A stretch of DNA of 16,074 nt from Planctomycetota bacterium (lineage in GTDB: Bacteria; Planctomycetota; SZUA-567; H5-PLA8): the NCBI GenBank assembly GCA_045863855.1, contig BTVV01000135.1:1-16074 (forward strand). The letters are read 5' to 3'. How positions within the stretch are numbered: position 1 is the first letter of the stretch; each line of letters begins with the position of its first letter. Shown here one piece after another: positions 1-7,970 of the stretch. Both the position numbers and the translations under genes were made by a program. Below the pieces are notes generated by a model that was not told the DNA's origin, searched no databases, and saw nothing but the letters and a program-made list of their open reading frames with translations.

Positions 1-1
1 G

Positions 2-1219
2 GCGCCGCGCGAGCGGCAGGATGTCCTCGCGGCCTTGCTCCCCCACGAAATCTGCTTCCACAGCCGCGACCATTCGGTCCACCCCACGCTGGCCCCGCGC
101 TGCGACGAAGCCGGCTGGACGCGCGGGCTCGCCGAAGTCCGCGCCACCGAACTGGAAGCGATCAGCTGGGTGAAGGAGATCCACCGCCGCGACCGCCTCT
201 ACACCGCGGTGCCGCCCGGCAGCAACGTCGCGCCGCAGACGATCTGGCTCTACCAGCGCGCCGGCATCCCGACCTATGCGGGCGGGTTCTTCGGAAACCG
301 CGACGGGAAGCTCTACTGGTACCTCGGCAGCCTCCAGGTTCCCTACACGATCGGCGCCGACGGCGTCTTCGCCAAGCAGGAGGTCGACGAAGTCTGGAAA
401 CGCTTCGACGCGCAAGCAGGCTGGCAGACGGCCGTCCTGTGCATCCATCCCACCTACACGTTCCACCATACCTTCTGGGACAAGGTGAACTTCGACGCCG
501 GAACCAACCGCCCGCGCGAACGCTGGGAGCCCGCGCCCGCGCGTGCCGACGGCGAGCGCGAAGCGCTCTTCGAACGCCTTAGCGCCTTCCTCGACCGGAT
601 CAAAGCCGACCCGCGCTTTGCGTTCACCGATTACAAAACACTCTCCACCGCCGCCGAACGCAAGCGCGCCGCGCGCCGGCCTTCGGCCTGGCCCGCTGCG
701 GCGTTCGCGCCGCTGGCCGAACAGCCCGACTGGATCGAACACCGCGGCGATGGCGGAGGCTCGCTCAGCGCGCAGGAAGCCTTGGGCGAACTGGCCGCGC
801 GCGCCACCGGCGATCCGGCCTGGCGCGAGCAGCTCGATCCGCGCCGCCTGCCCGGCCCGGTCGAGACGCCGCAGGTGCTCGAGCGCGACGTGACGCTTTC
901 CCGCGCCGAGGTGCTCCAAGGGTTATGGAAAGCGCAGACCGAACTGGGCGCCGAGACTCAGGGCTTGCCCGCCGCCTGGAAGCTCAACGGTTGTTCGGGC
1001 GGCCCCGGCGCGATGCTGGCCGCGCTGGCCCAATTCGCCCAAGGGCGCGAGAAGGCCACCCTGAAGGCCGGGCATCCCGAAACCTGCGCCGGCGTGAAGC
1101 GCAGCGGACTGGACGGCTGGAAGTACGGCGCGTGGCTGTACAAGCCCGGCTTCGAAGGCGCGCAGAATTTGAAGCTCGCGAAGCAGATGGCCTGGACGCT
1201 GTGCCCGGCGGAGGCCTAG
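2..1219 (+). CDS. Polysaccharide deacetylase-like (CE4/NodB-fold) protein with C-terminal extension, 5'-truncated
   Basis: The frame is open from base 2 (APRERQDVLAALLPHEICFHSRDHSVHPT), so the TTG at 35 is probably not the real start. HSxxH..HP resembles CE4 metal-binding motif 2, VPPG resembles motif 3 and LCIHP resembles motif 5. Codon usage is high-GC3. Stop TAG at 1217-1219. Confidence 0.6.
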   Translation, partial: APRERQDVLAALLPHEICFHSRDHSVHPTLAPRCDEAGWTRGLAEVRATELEAISWVKEIHRRDRLYTAVPPGSNVAPQTIWLYQRAGIPTYAGGFFGNRDGKLYWYLGSLQVPYTIGADGVFAKQEVDEVWKRFDAQAGWQTAVLCIHPTYTFHHTFWDKVNFDAGTNRPRERWEPAPARADGEREALFERLSAFLDRIKADPRFAFTDYKTLSTAAERKRAARRPSAWPAAAFAPLAEQPDWIEHRGDGGGSLSAQEALGELAARATGDPAWREQLDPRRLPGPVETPQVLERDVTLSRAEVLQGLWKAQTELGAETQGLPAAWKLNGCSGGPGAMLAALAQFAQGREKATLKAGHPETCAGVKRSGLDGWKYGAWLYKPGFEGAQNLKLAKQMAWTLCPAEA

Positions 1220-1268
1220 TTGCGCAAAGCGAAACGTAGCATGGAGTGTGGTGCGTGTTTCGAGTGTG

Positions 1269-1305
1269 GACTCAGGCCTGAGTCAATAGGTGTTTACCGC
1301 CTATT
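1269..1305. terminator. Two back-to-back inverted repeats between convergent genes (possible terminator or protein-binding site)
   Basis: Perfect 16-bp palindrome GACTCAGGCCTGAGTC (1269-1284), immediately followed by AATAGGTG-tttac-CGCCTATT (1285-1305; 8-bp stem with one G-T pair). There is no long U-tract. Confidence 0.35.
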
Positions 1306-1331
1306 AGATGTGAAGTCGATTTTCCGAGTAC

Positions 1332-1781
1332 CTACAAACCTGCCCAGAAGTCCTTTACTGATTCCCATTTAACTTCTGATTCGCCGCGAATAAAAAGTCC
1401 CGCGCCACCTACTCCAAGAGGGGCTCCCAAAACGGATGTTACCCAGACTCCTGAACTAAGGTGTAGCAATACAACTTCGGAACTTACTTCTCCTTTATAG
1501 AGATCTCTGTACACACCATCAATGATGCCGTTAACCAGTCTTGGATAGTCGTCGATCTTAAGGGGTCGGCCATGGGAGGGGACTTCGCATGTCGAGAAAA
1601 CATGATCGTATGACATGGGTAGCACGAAGCTAATCCGATTGTCGAGCGTGAAGTAGGTAGTGATGGAATCGAAGTCATCTCCATCCTTGGTATGGATTTT
1701 TAAGTGCACCGCAGCGATTTTGCGGCCCTCGACTTGTCCTCTAGAAAGGGTGGCCATGGCCTCAATCTCCAGACTCCGCAT
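1332..1781 (-). CDS. Hypothetical protein (149 aa) in an AT-rich islet
   Basis: ATG with AAAGGT just upstream. A 450-nt open frame in ~40-50% GC DNA is unlikely by chance, and the composition looks globular. No family recognised. Confidence 0.7.
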   Translation of the reverse strand: MRSLEIEAMATLSRGQVEGRKIAAVHLKIHTKDGDDFDSITTYFTLDNRISFVLPMSYDHVFSTCEVPSHGRPLKIDDYPRLVNGIIDGVYRDLYKGEVSSEVVLLHLSSGVWVTSVLGAPLGVGGAGLFIRGESEVKWESVKDFWAGL

Positions 1782-1967
1782 GATACCTTTATGCCTGTTG
1801 GTGCGACCTTGCTAGTGATCTATAGATGATCTGAAATATAGGTAACTAAGAGCGGATATTTAAGCTCACGGTCACACATTTAGTAAGTCGAGAAGGATTG
1901 AGATTCTACGTGGCTGCAATAGTGGGCAGTTGGGGGCCGGCTTAGTTTGCCGTTTGAAGCCAACAAC

Positions 1968-3239
1968 CTACTTCTTCAACCCATTCAGCCACTTCCGCCA
2001 CTTGCCCACGTCGTCGCCGAAATCCTGCCCCGTGACGGCGCGCAAGGCGCTGGCCGGCGCGGATACGGTCGTGCGCACTCGCGTGATCCCCAACTCCGGG
2101 AACTGCACCGGGAAGCTGAGCAGAATGGGAATGATCACGTTCCCGCCCTGCATGACGGTGAAACTGTCGATCTGCCGCGTCTGGAAGTTGGTCAGTTCGG
2201 TGAGCGTCGGGCGCATCTCGCAGACGACGTAGTAAAAGAACGCTTCGTACACCCGCGGATCGTCGAGCGCCCGGAGGCTGCGCACGGCCGCGTCGCGCAG
2301 CGGAGCGTTGCGCACTTCGCCGCCCTCGTCGAACGCGCCCATCAGGTGCCGGATCATCCCGCCCACCGCCGCGTCGTCCTTGCGTTCCTTGATCAGCTTC
2401 ACCGCTTCGTCGCGCACGCCCGTCTCGGGATCCATCACCGCCGACCAAGCCAGCGAAGGCGAGACGCGCGGACCCGCCGGCTTGACGACGCGCAGGCCCT
2501 GCAGCGCGCCCAACCGCGTATCGGACTGCGGCATGCGGCGGAAATCGAGGCACGCCAGCAGCACGTCGCCGGCTTGATCGCGGTCGCGGATCAGCGCCGC
2601 CACCGCCGCTTCGCGCTTGGCCTCGTCGCCGTCGCTCGCGCCCAGCGCCGCCGCGTGTTCGACGATGCTCTTCTCGAAGGCCGTGCGCGCGGCGGCCTGC
2701 GATTCCGTCCCTTCGCCGCCCGCCGTCTCGGCAATCTCCACCGCGCCGTCGCCGGGGGAACTCGGCGCCGGAAGCTGAGCCGCCTCGTCCGCCGGCATCC
2801 AGCGCCCGTCACGGTACACGTCGCCCGTGGCCTTCCGAGCCAGCGCGTGATCGGGATCGGCCTTCAGCGTCGCCTGCAGCGCGCCGTCGGCGAAGCTGTA
2901 CAGCCGCTTGCTGCACGCCCACTTGTAGAGTTCGAACTGCCCGCGTGCGTCGTCGGCCTTAAGCTGATTCTGGCGCTGCAAGTATTCTTGCCGCGCCGCC
3001 TGATCCACCTCCACGCGCCGCACCTCCGCGCGCAGCAGCGTCACCTTGCGGATGCCCGTATTTAGCGCGATCTCCGTCTGCTTCGGATCGTAATTCACCA
3101 ACTCGCCTTCAAGCACCGTACCGTTCTTCAGCAACACCACGTCCGCCGCCTGTAGCGCCGACCCCGCGCCCGGCCAGCCGCTCACCGCGCTCATCCAGCA
3201 AACGGCCAGCAGCACCCTGTGTCGTCGCTTAACAATCAT
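1968..3239 (-). CDS. Secreted HEAT/ARM-repeat protein (planctomycete-type), 423 aa
   Basis: Signal-peptide-like N-terminus (KRRHR, hydrophobic stretch, ALQA), then the DVVLLKNGTVLEGEL beta-domain, a TPR-like DPDHALAR segment, HEAT-like units (TRLGALQGL, VRDEAVKLI, LRDAAVRSLRALDDPR) and the C-terminal ALRAVTGQDFGDDVGKWRKW. SD AAGGA lies ~9 nt upstream of the ATG. Confidence 0.8.
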   Translation of the reverse strand: MIVKRRHRVLLAVCWMSAVSGWPGAGSALQAADVVLLKNGTVLEGELVNYDPKQTEIALNTGIRKVTLLRAEVRRVEVDQAARQEYLQRQNQLKADDARGQFELYKWACSKRLYSFADGALQATLKADPDHALARKATGDVYRDGRWMPADEAAQLPAPSSPGDGAVEIAETAGGEGTESQAAARTAFEKSIVEHAAALGASDGDEAKREAAVAALIRDRDQAGDVLLACLDFRRMPQSDTRLGALQGLRVVKPAGPRVSPSLAWSAVMDPETGVRDEAVKLIKERKDDAAVGGMIRHLMGAFDEGGEVRNAPLRDAAVRSLRALDDPRVYEAFFYYVVCEMRPTLTELTNFQTRQIDSFTVMQGGNVIIPILLSFPVQFPELGITRVRTTVSAPASALRAVTGQDFGDDVGKWRKWLNGLKK

Positions 3240-3385
3240 CGCAGGAAGTCCTTATACGTCCGGCTCGGTACCGGTTTTCTTGAGGCATGGACGCTGCCTT
3301 GGGGCCATTCTTAGGACCATTCATCGAGCAGGTGCAGCAATCGTGCGCACATGCGCAACGGCGGAGCTTCCTGATTCTCTTAACC

Positions 3386-4768
3386 TTAGCTTCGACCTAC
3401 GGTTGCAAGAAATCGAAGGTGCGTTTCGATGCCCCGGAAGAAGGTCGGCAGATGCAGCTTTTCGTTCGGCGCGTGGAGGTTGTCGTCGGGCAGGCCAAAC
3501 CCCAGCAGCAAGGATTTAACCCCCAGCGCCTCCTCGATTTGCGCCACCGCCGGGATCGTTCCGCCTTGGCGCATGAAGAGCGCCGGCTTGCCCCACACCG
3601 CCTTCAACGCTTCCGCCGCCGCGCGCGCCTCGCGGCTGTCGCGTTCGAGCAGCGACGGGCGCGCGTCCGCGAACGTGAGCAACTCCCACTTTACGGTCGG
3701 CGGCGCGTGCTCCTTTAAGTAACGCTCCAGCCCGGCCTGAATCTTGGCAGGCTCTTGGTCGGCCACCAGCCGCATCGAGACCTTGGCCATGGCCCGCGAC
3801 GGGAGCACCGTCTTGCTGCCCTCGCCCGTAAAGCCGCTCAAGAGGCCGTTCACTTCCAGCGTCGGACGCGCCGACGCGCGCTCGACCGACGTATACCCGG
3901 CCTCGCCGAACAGCTTCGGCGCGCCGGTCTGCTCCAGCCACCAGGCGTCCGGCTGCGGCAGCTTCGCCAGGTCCGCGCGCTCGGCCTCCGAAAGTTCCCG
4001 CACGTCGTCGTAGAAGCCCGGAAGCGTCACGCGCCCGTTCGCGTCTTTCATGCCGGCCAGCAGCTTCGCCAGCACCTCCGCCGGATTCTGCACCGCGCCG
4101 CCAAAGAGCCCCGAATGCAGGTCGCGCTGCGGACCCTGCACGCGGATCTCGAAATACGAAAGGCCGCGCAGCGCGTACATGATCGCAGGCTGATCCGGCG
4201 CAAGGATGCCCGAGTCGCCGTTGAGACAGAAGTCGCAGCGCAGCCGCTCGCGATTGTCCTTCAAGAAGCCCGGCAGGCTGGGGGAGCCGATCTCTTCTTC
4301 GCCTTCCAGCATGTACTTCAAGTTCACCGGCAGCCGCCCGCGGTTGGTTTGGACCAGCGCTTCGACGGCCTTTAAGTGCGCGACGAGCTGCCCCTTGCTG
4401 TCCGAGACGCCGCGTGCGTAAAGGTTATCGCCGCGCTGAGTGGGCTCGAAGGGCGGGCTGGTCCATTCTTGGAGCGGTTCGGCGGGCTGGACGTCGTAGT
4501 GATCGTAGAAAAGCACCGTCGGCGCCCCGGGTCCCGCGCCCAGATGTTCGCCGTACACCACCGGATGCCGTGCCGTGGGCAGCGCCGCGACGTTCTGGAA
4601 ACCCAGCGCCCGCAGGCGCTCCGCGCACCATGCGGCCGCGCGGCCCATGTCAGCGGCGCGCGCAGGATCGGTGCTCACCGACGGAATGCGGACCAGGTCG
4701 ATCAAGTCGCGCTTGAACGCCTCCGTGCGCGTGCGGGCATACTCCAATGCGGCTTCCAGGTCGGACAT
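3386..4768 (-). CDS. M20 family metallo-dipeptidase (ArgE/DapE/CNDP2-like), 460 aa
   Basis: Motifs IPSVS, HYDVQP, LYARGVSDSKG, EGEEEIGS, DLHSG and HAPNE. SD GGGAG upstream of the ATG. Confidence 0.93.
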   Translation of the reverse strand: MSDLEAALEYARTRTEAFKRDLIDLVRIPSVSTDPARAADMGRAAAWCAERLRALGFQNVAALPTARHPVVYGEHLGAGPGAPTVLFYDHYDVQPAEPLQEWTSPPFEPTQRGDNLYARGVSDSKGQLVAHLKAVEALVQTNRGRLPVNLKYMLEGEEEIGSPSLPGFLKDNRERLRCDFCLNGDSGILAPDQPAIMYALRGLSYFEIRVQGPQRDLHSGLFGGAVQNPAEVLAKLLAGMKDANGRVTLPGFYDDVRELSEAERADLAKLPQPDAWWLEQTGAPKLFGEAGYTSVERASARPTLEVNGLLSGFTGEGSKTVLPSRAMAKVSMRLVADQEPAKIQAGLERYLKEHAPPTVKWELLTFADARPSLLERDSREARAAAEALKAVWGKPALFMRQGGTIPAVAQIEEALGVKSLLLGFGLPDDNLHAPNEKLHLPTFFRGIETHLRFLATVGRS

Positions 4769-4786
4769 GCAGGTCTCCCGTGGGGT

Positions 4787-5791
4787 TTACGCCAGCGCCT
4801 GGCTCAGCGCGGCCAGCGACGTATCGTAACGCCACTGCGTGTTGCGGTGCGTCCCGTCGTACTCTTCGTAGCGGTGCGCAATCCCGTACTCGGCGAACTT
4901 GCGCACGATCCGGCGGCAACCGTACAGCAAGTTCCATTCGTCCCGCGTGCCGCAATCGAGGTACAGCAGCTTCAGGCTCGCGAGCGCTTCTCGCACGCGG
5001 GGCTCATCGATCATGAAAAGCGGATCCTGCGCCTCCCAGCGCGCCCAGACGTCCGGACGCAGCGCGCACGTCTCGGGGTCGAACGGCAGATCGAACCCTA
5101 GCGGGCTTTCGCGATTGGGGCTGTAGCACGCCGACATCGCGGCAAGGTTCATCAGGTCGAAGAACGGCCCATCGCGCGAGGGCTGCGCGGCCGGATCGGC
5201 CAGCACCTTCGCCCAATCGCCGAACTTCGCCGCCGCGCGCGCGAACTTCGGGAAATCCGGCCGGTAGCACAGCTCGAAGCCCTTGTCGCCGCAGTGGTCG
5301 CCCACACCCGCGAAAATCTCGGGGTGCCGCATGCCCAGGCACAGAGCGCCGTACCCGCCGCTCGATTTGCCCGCCACGCCGCGATGTTCCCGCGAAGCCC
5401 GCGTGCGGAAGTGCGCGTCCACCCAAGCCACCAGTTCCAATACGTAATCTTCGTAGCGCCCCACCGCCGCGCTGTTGACGTACTGGCTCCCGCCGTAGCG
5501 CGTGAAGCAATCGGGCAATACGAGAATCGCCGGCTTCGCCGCGCCCGATGCGATCAATCGGTCCATCCGCGCATGCAGCGGCTCGTCCCAGGCCGTTTCG
5601 TGAAGCATATTCACGCCGCGACCCGTGAACCCGGCCAGCACGAAGATCACCGGATACCGCGCGTCCGAATCGCCGTAGCCCGGAGGCAGGTACACCGGCA
5701 GCGTTCGCACGTGCGGGTCGCCCAGCGGATTCCCGCGCAGCGCCACGCTCTCGACTTTTTCGTAGGCGATGCGCGATGGTGGAGCGGGCAA
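4787..5791 (-). CDS. Putative esterase, alpha/beta hydrolase (Fes/PF00756-like), 334 aa
   Basis: VYLPPGY..RYPVI, nucleophile elbow GKSSGG, Asp in DCGTRDE and His in DGTH. Start reassigned to TTG at 5791 because GAGGAG (5798-5803) lies 6 nt upstream. Confidence 0.88.
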   Translation of the reverse strand: MPAPPSRIAYEKVESVALRGNPLGDPHVRTLPVYLPPGYGDSDARYPVIFVLAGFTGRGVNMLHETAWDEPLHARMDRLIASGAAKPAILVLPDCFTRYGGSQYVNSAAVGRYEDYVLELVAWVDAHFRTRASREHRGVAGKSSGGYGALCLGMRHPEIFAGVGDHCGDKGFELCYRPDFPKFARAAAKFGDWAKVLADPAAQPSRDGPFFDLMNLAAMSACYSPNRESPLGFDLPFDPETCALRPDVWARWEAQDPLFMIDEPRVREALASLKLLYLDCGTRDEWNLLYGCRRIVRKFAEYGIAHRYEEYDGTHRNTQWRYDTSLAALSQALA

Positions 5792-5845
5792 AGGAAACTC
5801 CTCGTCGGCGCGGCCGCGCGCATCCCGGGGAAGCGAACGAGATCG

Positions 5846-5872
5846 ATTATAGGCCGCCGGCCGTACGCGCAA
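5846..5872 (-). promoter_or_regulatory. Candidate sigma70 promoter for the esterase-M20 operon
   Basis: Minus strand reads TTGCGC-N15-TATAAT. The -10 is perfect (5846-5851) and lies ~55 nt upstream of the TTG start, but the 15-nt spacer is short. Confidence 0.5.
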
Positions 5873-5900
5873 CCACCGGAGCGCACACTGCCGGAAGGCC

Positions 5901-5945
5901 AAAAAAGGAGCGAACGGACAGCCCCATCGGACCGTCCGTTCGCCC
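5901..5945 (-). terminator. Rho-independent terminator downstream of the GH2 gene
   Basis: 10-bp perfect stem GCGAACGGAC (5910-5919) / GTCCGTTCGC (5934-5943), followed on the minus strand by T6 (A-run at 5901-5906). Confidence 0.8.
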
Positions 5946-6019
5946 TGTTGGATACGCGTTGAAAACGCTCTAACTTATCGCGTACGGTATGTACAGTTGC
6001 CCGTCTTACTCCTTGTCCT

Positions 6020-7849
6020 TTACTTCCCCACCTCCACGCCCCGCCGCTCGATCGCCGCAGCCTGCCGCTGCGCCGCGGCCACGCGAGCCAGATCGAATTT
6101 CAGGCTCCGGTCGAACCGGAATATCCCGTTCTGCTCCTGGTACACGTCCGTCAATTGCGTGTAGCAGTAGCCAAACATATCCGGGTTGTCCAGCAGCACC
6201 TTGCACAGCCCCTCGAACCGGACGTAGAACTCCTCCAGCGTCTTCGGACGCTCGCCGTACCCCCAAGACGCCTCGCCCGGCTTCAGGTCCGGGTTCCACC
6301 AGATCCCGCCGAACTCGCTCACGAAGTACGGCTGCCCGTCGTACGCGACCGACTCTTCCTTATCGCCGATCCGGTTCACGTACGGCTTATGCTCCGCCAG
6401 ACCCTTCTGCCGCTCGTGGAAGACCTTCGGATCCTGCGTGTAATCGTGGCTGTCGTAAATGTCCGCCGCCGCCACGCGGTGCGCGTAGCCGCTCGTGTCC
6501 AGCACCGGGCGCGACGGATCGGCCAGCTTCGTCGCCAGATACAAGCCCCGCGTCACGTCGTCCAGGCTCGACATCCGGTCCGTCAGTTCCTCCGCCGTCT
6601 CGTTCAGCGGGCACCAGCCCACGATGCTCGGATGCGAAATATCCCGCTCCAGCACCTCCATCCATTGCGCCATCATCGCCGCGCCGGGCTGATGCCGTTG
6701 CGCATCGATCGCGCGCTCTCCCGCGCCGCGCGGGCGCAGCAGGAAATGCCAGTCCCCGTATTCGCCCCACACCAGATACCCCAGCCGGTCGCAGTGATAC
6801 AGGAAGCGCTCTTCGAACACCTTCTGGTGCAAGCGCGCGCCGTTGAAGCCCGCCCGCATCGAGAGTTCGATGTCCGCGATCAAGGCCGCGTCGCTCGGAG
6901 CCGTCAAAATCCCGTCGGCGTAGTAGCCCTGGTCCAGCACCAGGCGCTGGAAGACCGGTTCCCCGTTGAGCTTCACGGCTTTCCCGTCCAGCGCCACGCT
7001 GCGCAGGCCCGCGTAACTCTTCGCGCGGTCCACCGTCCGCCCCGCCGCGTCCAGCAGTTCCAGCTCCACGTCGTACAGGAACGGATCGGCCACGCTCCAC
7101 AGCCGCCGCCGCGTTTGCGGGATGCGCAGCTCAAGCGTGGGGCTCAGATCCAGATCCGCCGCCGCGCGCGCTTCGCAGACGGCGCCTTGGCCGTCCTTCA
7201 GTACCGCCCGCACCGACCAGCCCGTGCGATTCTGGCTGACCGGAAGCGTGACCCGGAACGCCCCCGCGCCCACGTCCGGCACGATCCGCGGCCGCCGCAG
7301 ATGCACCTCCGCCACCGGCTCCAGCCAGACCGTCTGCCAAATCCCCGTCGTGCGCGTGTAGCAGCAGCCGTAATTTTCCGGGCGGCTCGATTGCTTCCCC
7401 TGCGGCTTCGTCTCGCGGTGATCGTCGCGCGCGCGCAGCACCACCGTCGCCTCTTGTCCCGGCGCCGCCAGACCGCTCAAGTCGAAGCTGAACGGCGTCC
7501 ATCCGCCGCGGTGCCGACCCGCTTCCTTCCCGTTCACCCATACGGTCGTCTCGTAATCGCAGGCCTGGAAATGGAGCAGCACGCGCTTGCCCTTCCACGC
7601 CGCCGGAATCGTGAACGTGCGCCGGTACCAGACCGCGTTGAGGTGATCGGTCTCCCCGATCCCGCTCAGCGCCGACTCGGGACAGAACGGAACCAGAATC
7701 TCGCGCGTCAACGCGCGCTCGCGCACCCCGCGCTCCAAGCCCGAATCGCCGGGGTCCGTCTCGAACTGCCACGTACCGTTCAAGCACAGCCATTCGTCGC
7801 GCACGAACTGCGGGCGCGGGTACTCGGGGCGGGGGAGCGTCACGCTCAT
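6020..7849 (-). CDS. Glycoside hydrolase family 2 (beta-galactosidase/beta-glucuronidase-like), 609 aa, no signal peptide
   Basis: PRPEYPRPQF..WLCLNGTWQF, GIWQTVWLE, GFNGARLHQK, acid/base Glu in WCPLNE and nucleophile Glu in VSEFGG. Start reassigned to ATG at 7849 (SD GGAGAG); the longer ORF would overlap the AraC gene. Confidence 0.93.
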   Translation of the reverse strand: MSVTLPRPEYPRPQFVRDEWLCLNGTWQFETDPGDSGLERGVRERALTREILVPFCPESALSGIGETDHLNAVWYRRTFTIPAAWKGKRVLLHFQACDYETTVWVNGKEAGRHRGGWTPFSFDLSGLAAPGQEATVVLRARDDHRETKPQGKQSSRPENYGCCYTRTTGIWQTVWLEPVAEVHLRRPRIVPDVGAGAFRVTLPVSQNRTGWSVRAVLKDGQGAVCEARAAADLDLSPTLELRIPQTRRRLWSVADPFLYDVELELLDAAGRTVDRAKSYAGLRSVALDGKAVKLNGEPVFQRLVLDQGYYADGILTAPSDAALIADIELSMRAGFNGARLHQKVFEERFLYHCDRLGYLVWGEYGDWHFLLRPRGAGERAIDAQRHQPGAAMMAQWMEVLERDISHPSIVGWCPLNETAEELTDRMSSLDDVTRGLYLATKLADPSRPVLDTSGYAHRVAAADIYDSHDYTQDPKVFHERQKGLAEHKPYVNRIGDKEESVAYDGQPYFVSEFGGIWWNPDLKPGEASWGYGERPKTLEEFYVRFEGLCKVLLDNPDMFGYCYTQLTDVYQEQNGIFRFDRSLKFDLARVAAAQRQAAAIERRGVEVGK

Positions 7850-7970
7850 GGTCCGGTCTCTCCAAAGGAAGCGCCGCGGGCTTCGGTCCGTGCTCCGCGA
7901 ACGCTCGAAAGCTCTGCTTTCCAGCCGCGAAGCATGCGTGTACCTTACCCCTTTGGAGGATGCCTTTACC
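7850..7970. promoter_or_regulatory. Divergent promoter region between GH2 and AraC
   Basis: 121-bp spacer between head-to-head genes, the usual arrangement of AraC and its target. Exact promoter elements were not resolved. Confidence 0.55.

Larger units (their letters stand above)
1213..1950. other. Low-GC islet (probable horizontally acquired segment)
   Basis: Hand counts give 25/60 GC at 1321-1380 and 23/60 at 1801-1860, versus 50/60 at 661-720 in the flanking gene. Transitions at both ends are fairly abrupt. Confidence 0.7.

Noticed and set aside
1484..1684. 66-aa ORF nested in the islet gene
   Set aside because: It is an alternative frame inside the longer SD-supported ORF, with no independent support.
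1220..1950. Integron gene cassette interpretation of the islet
   Set aside because: No proper RYYYAAC...GTTRRRY attC pair was found downstream of the ORF and there is no integrase in the window.
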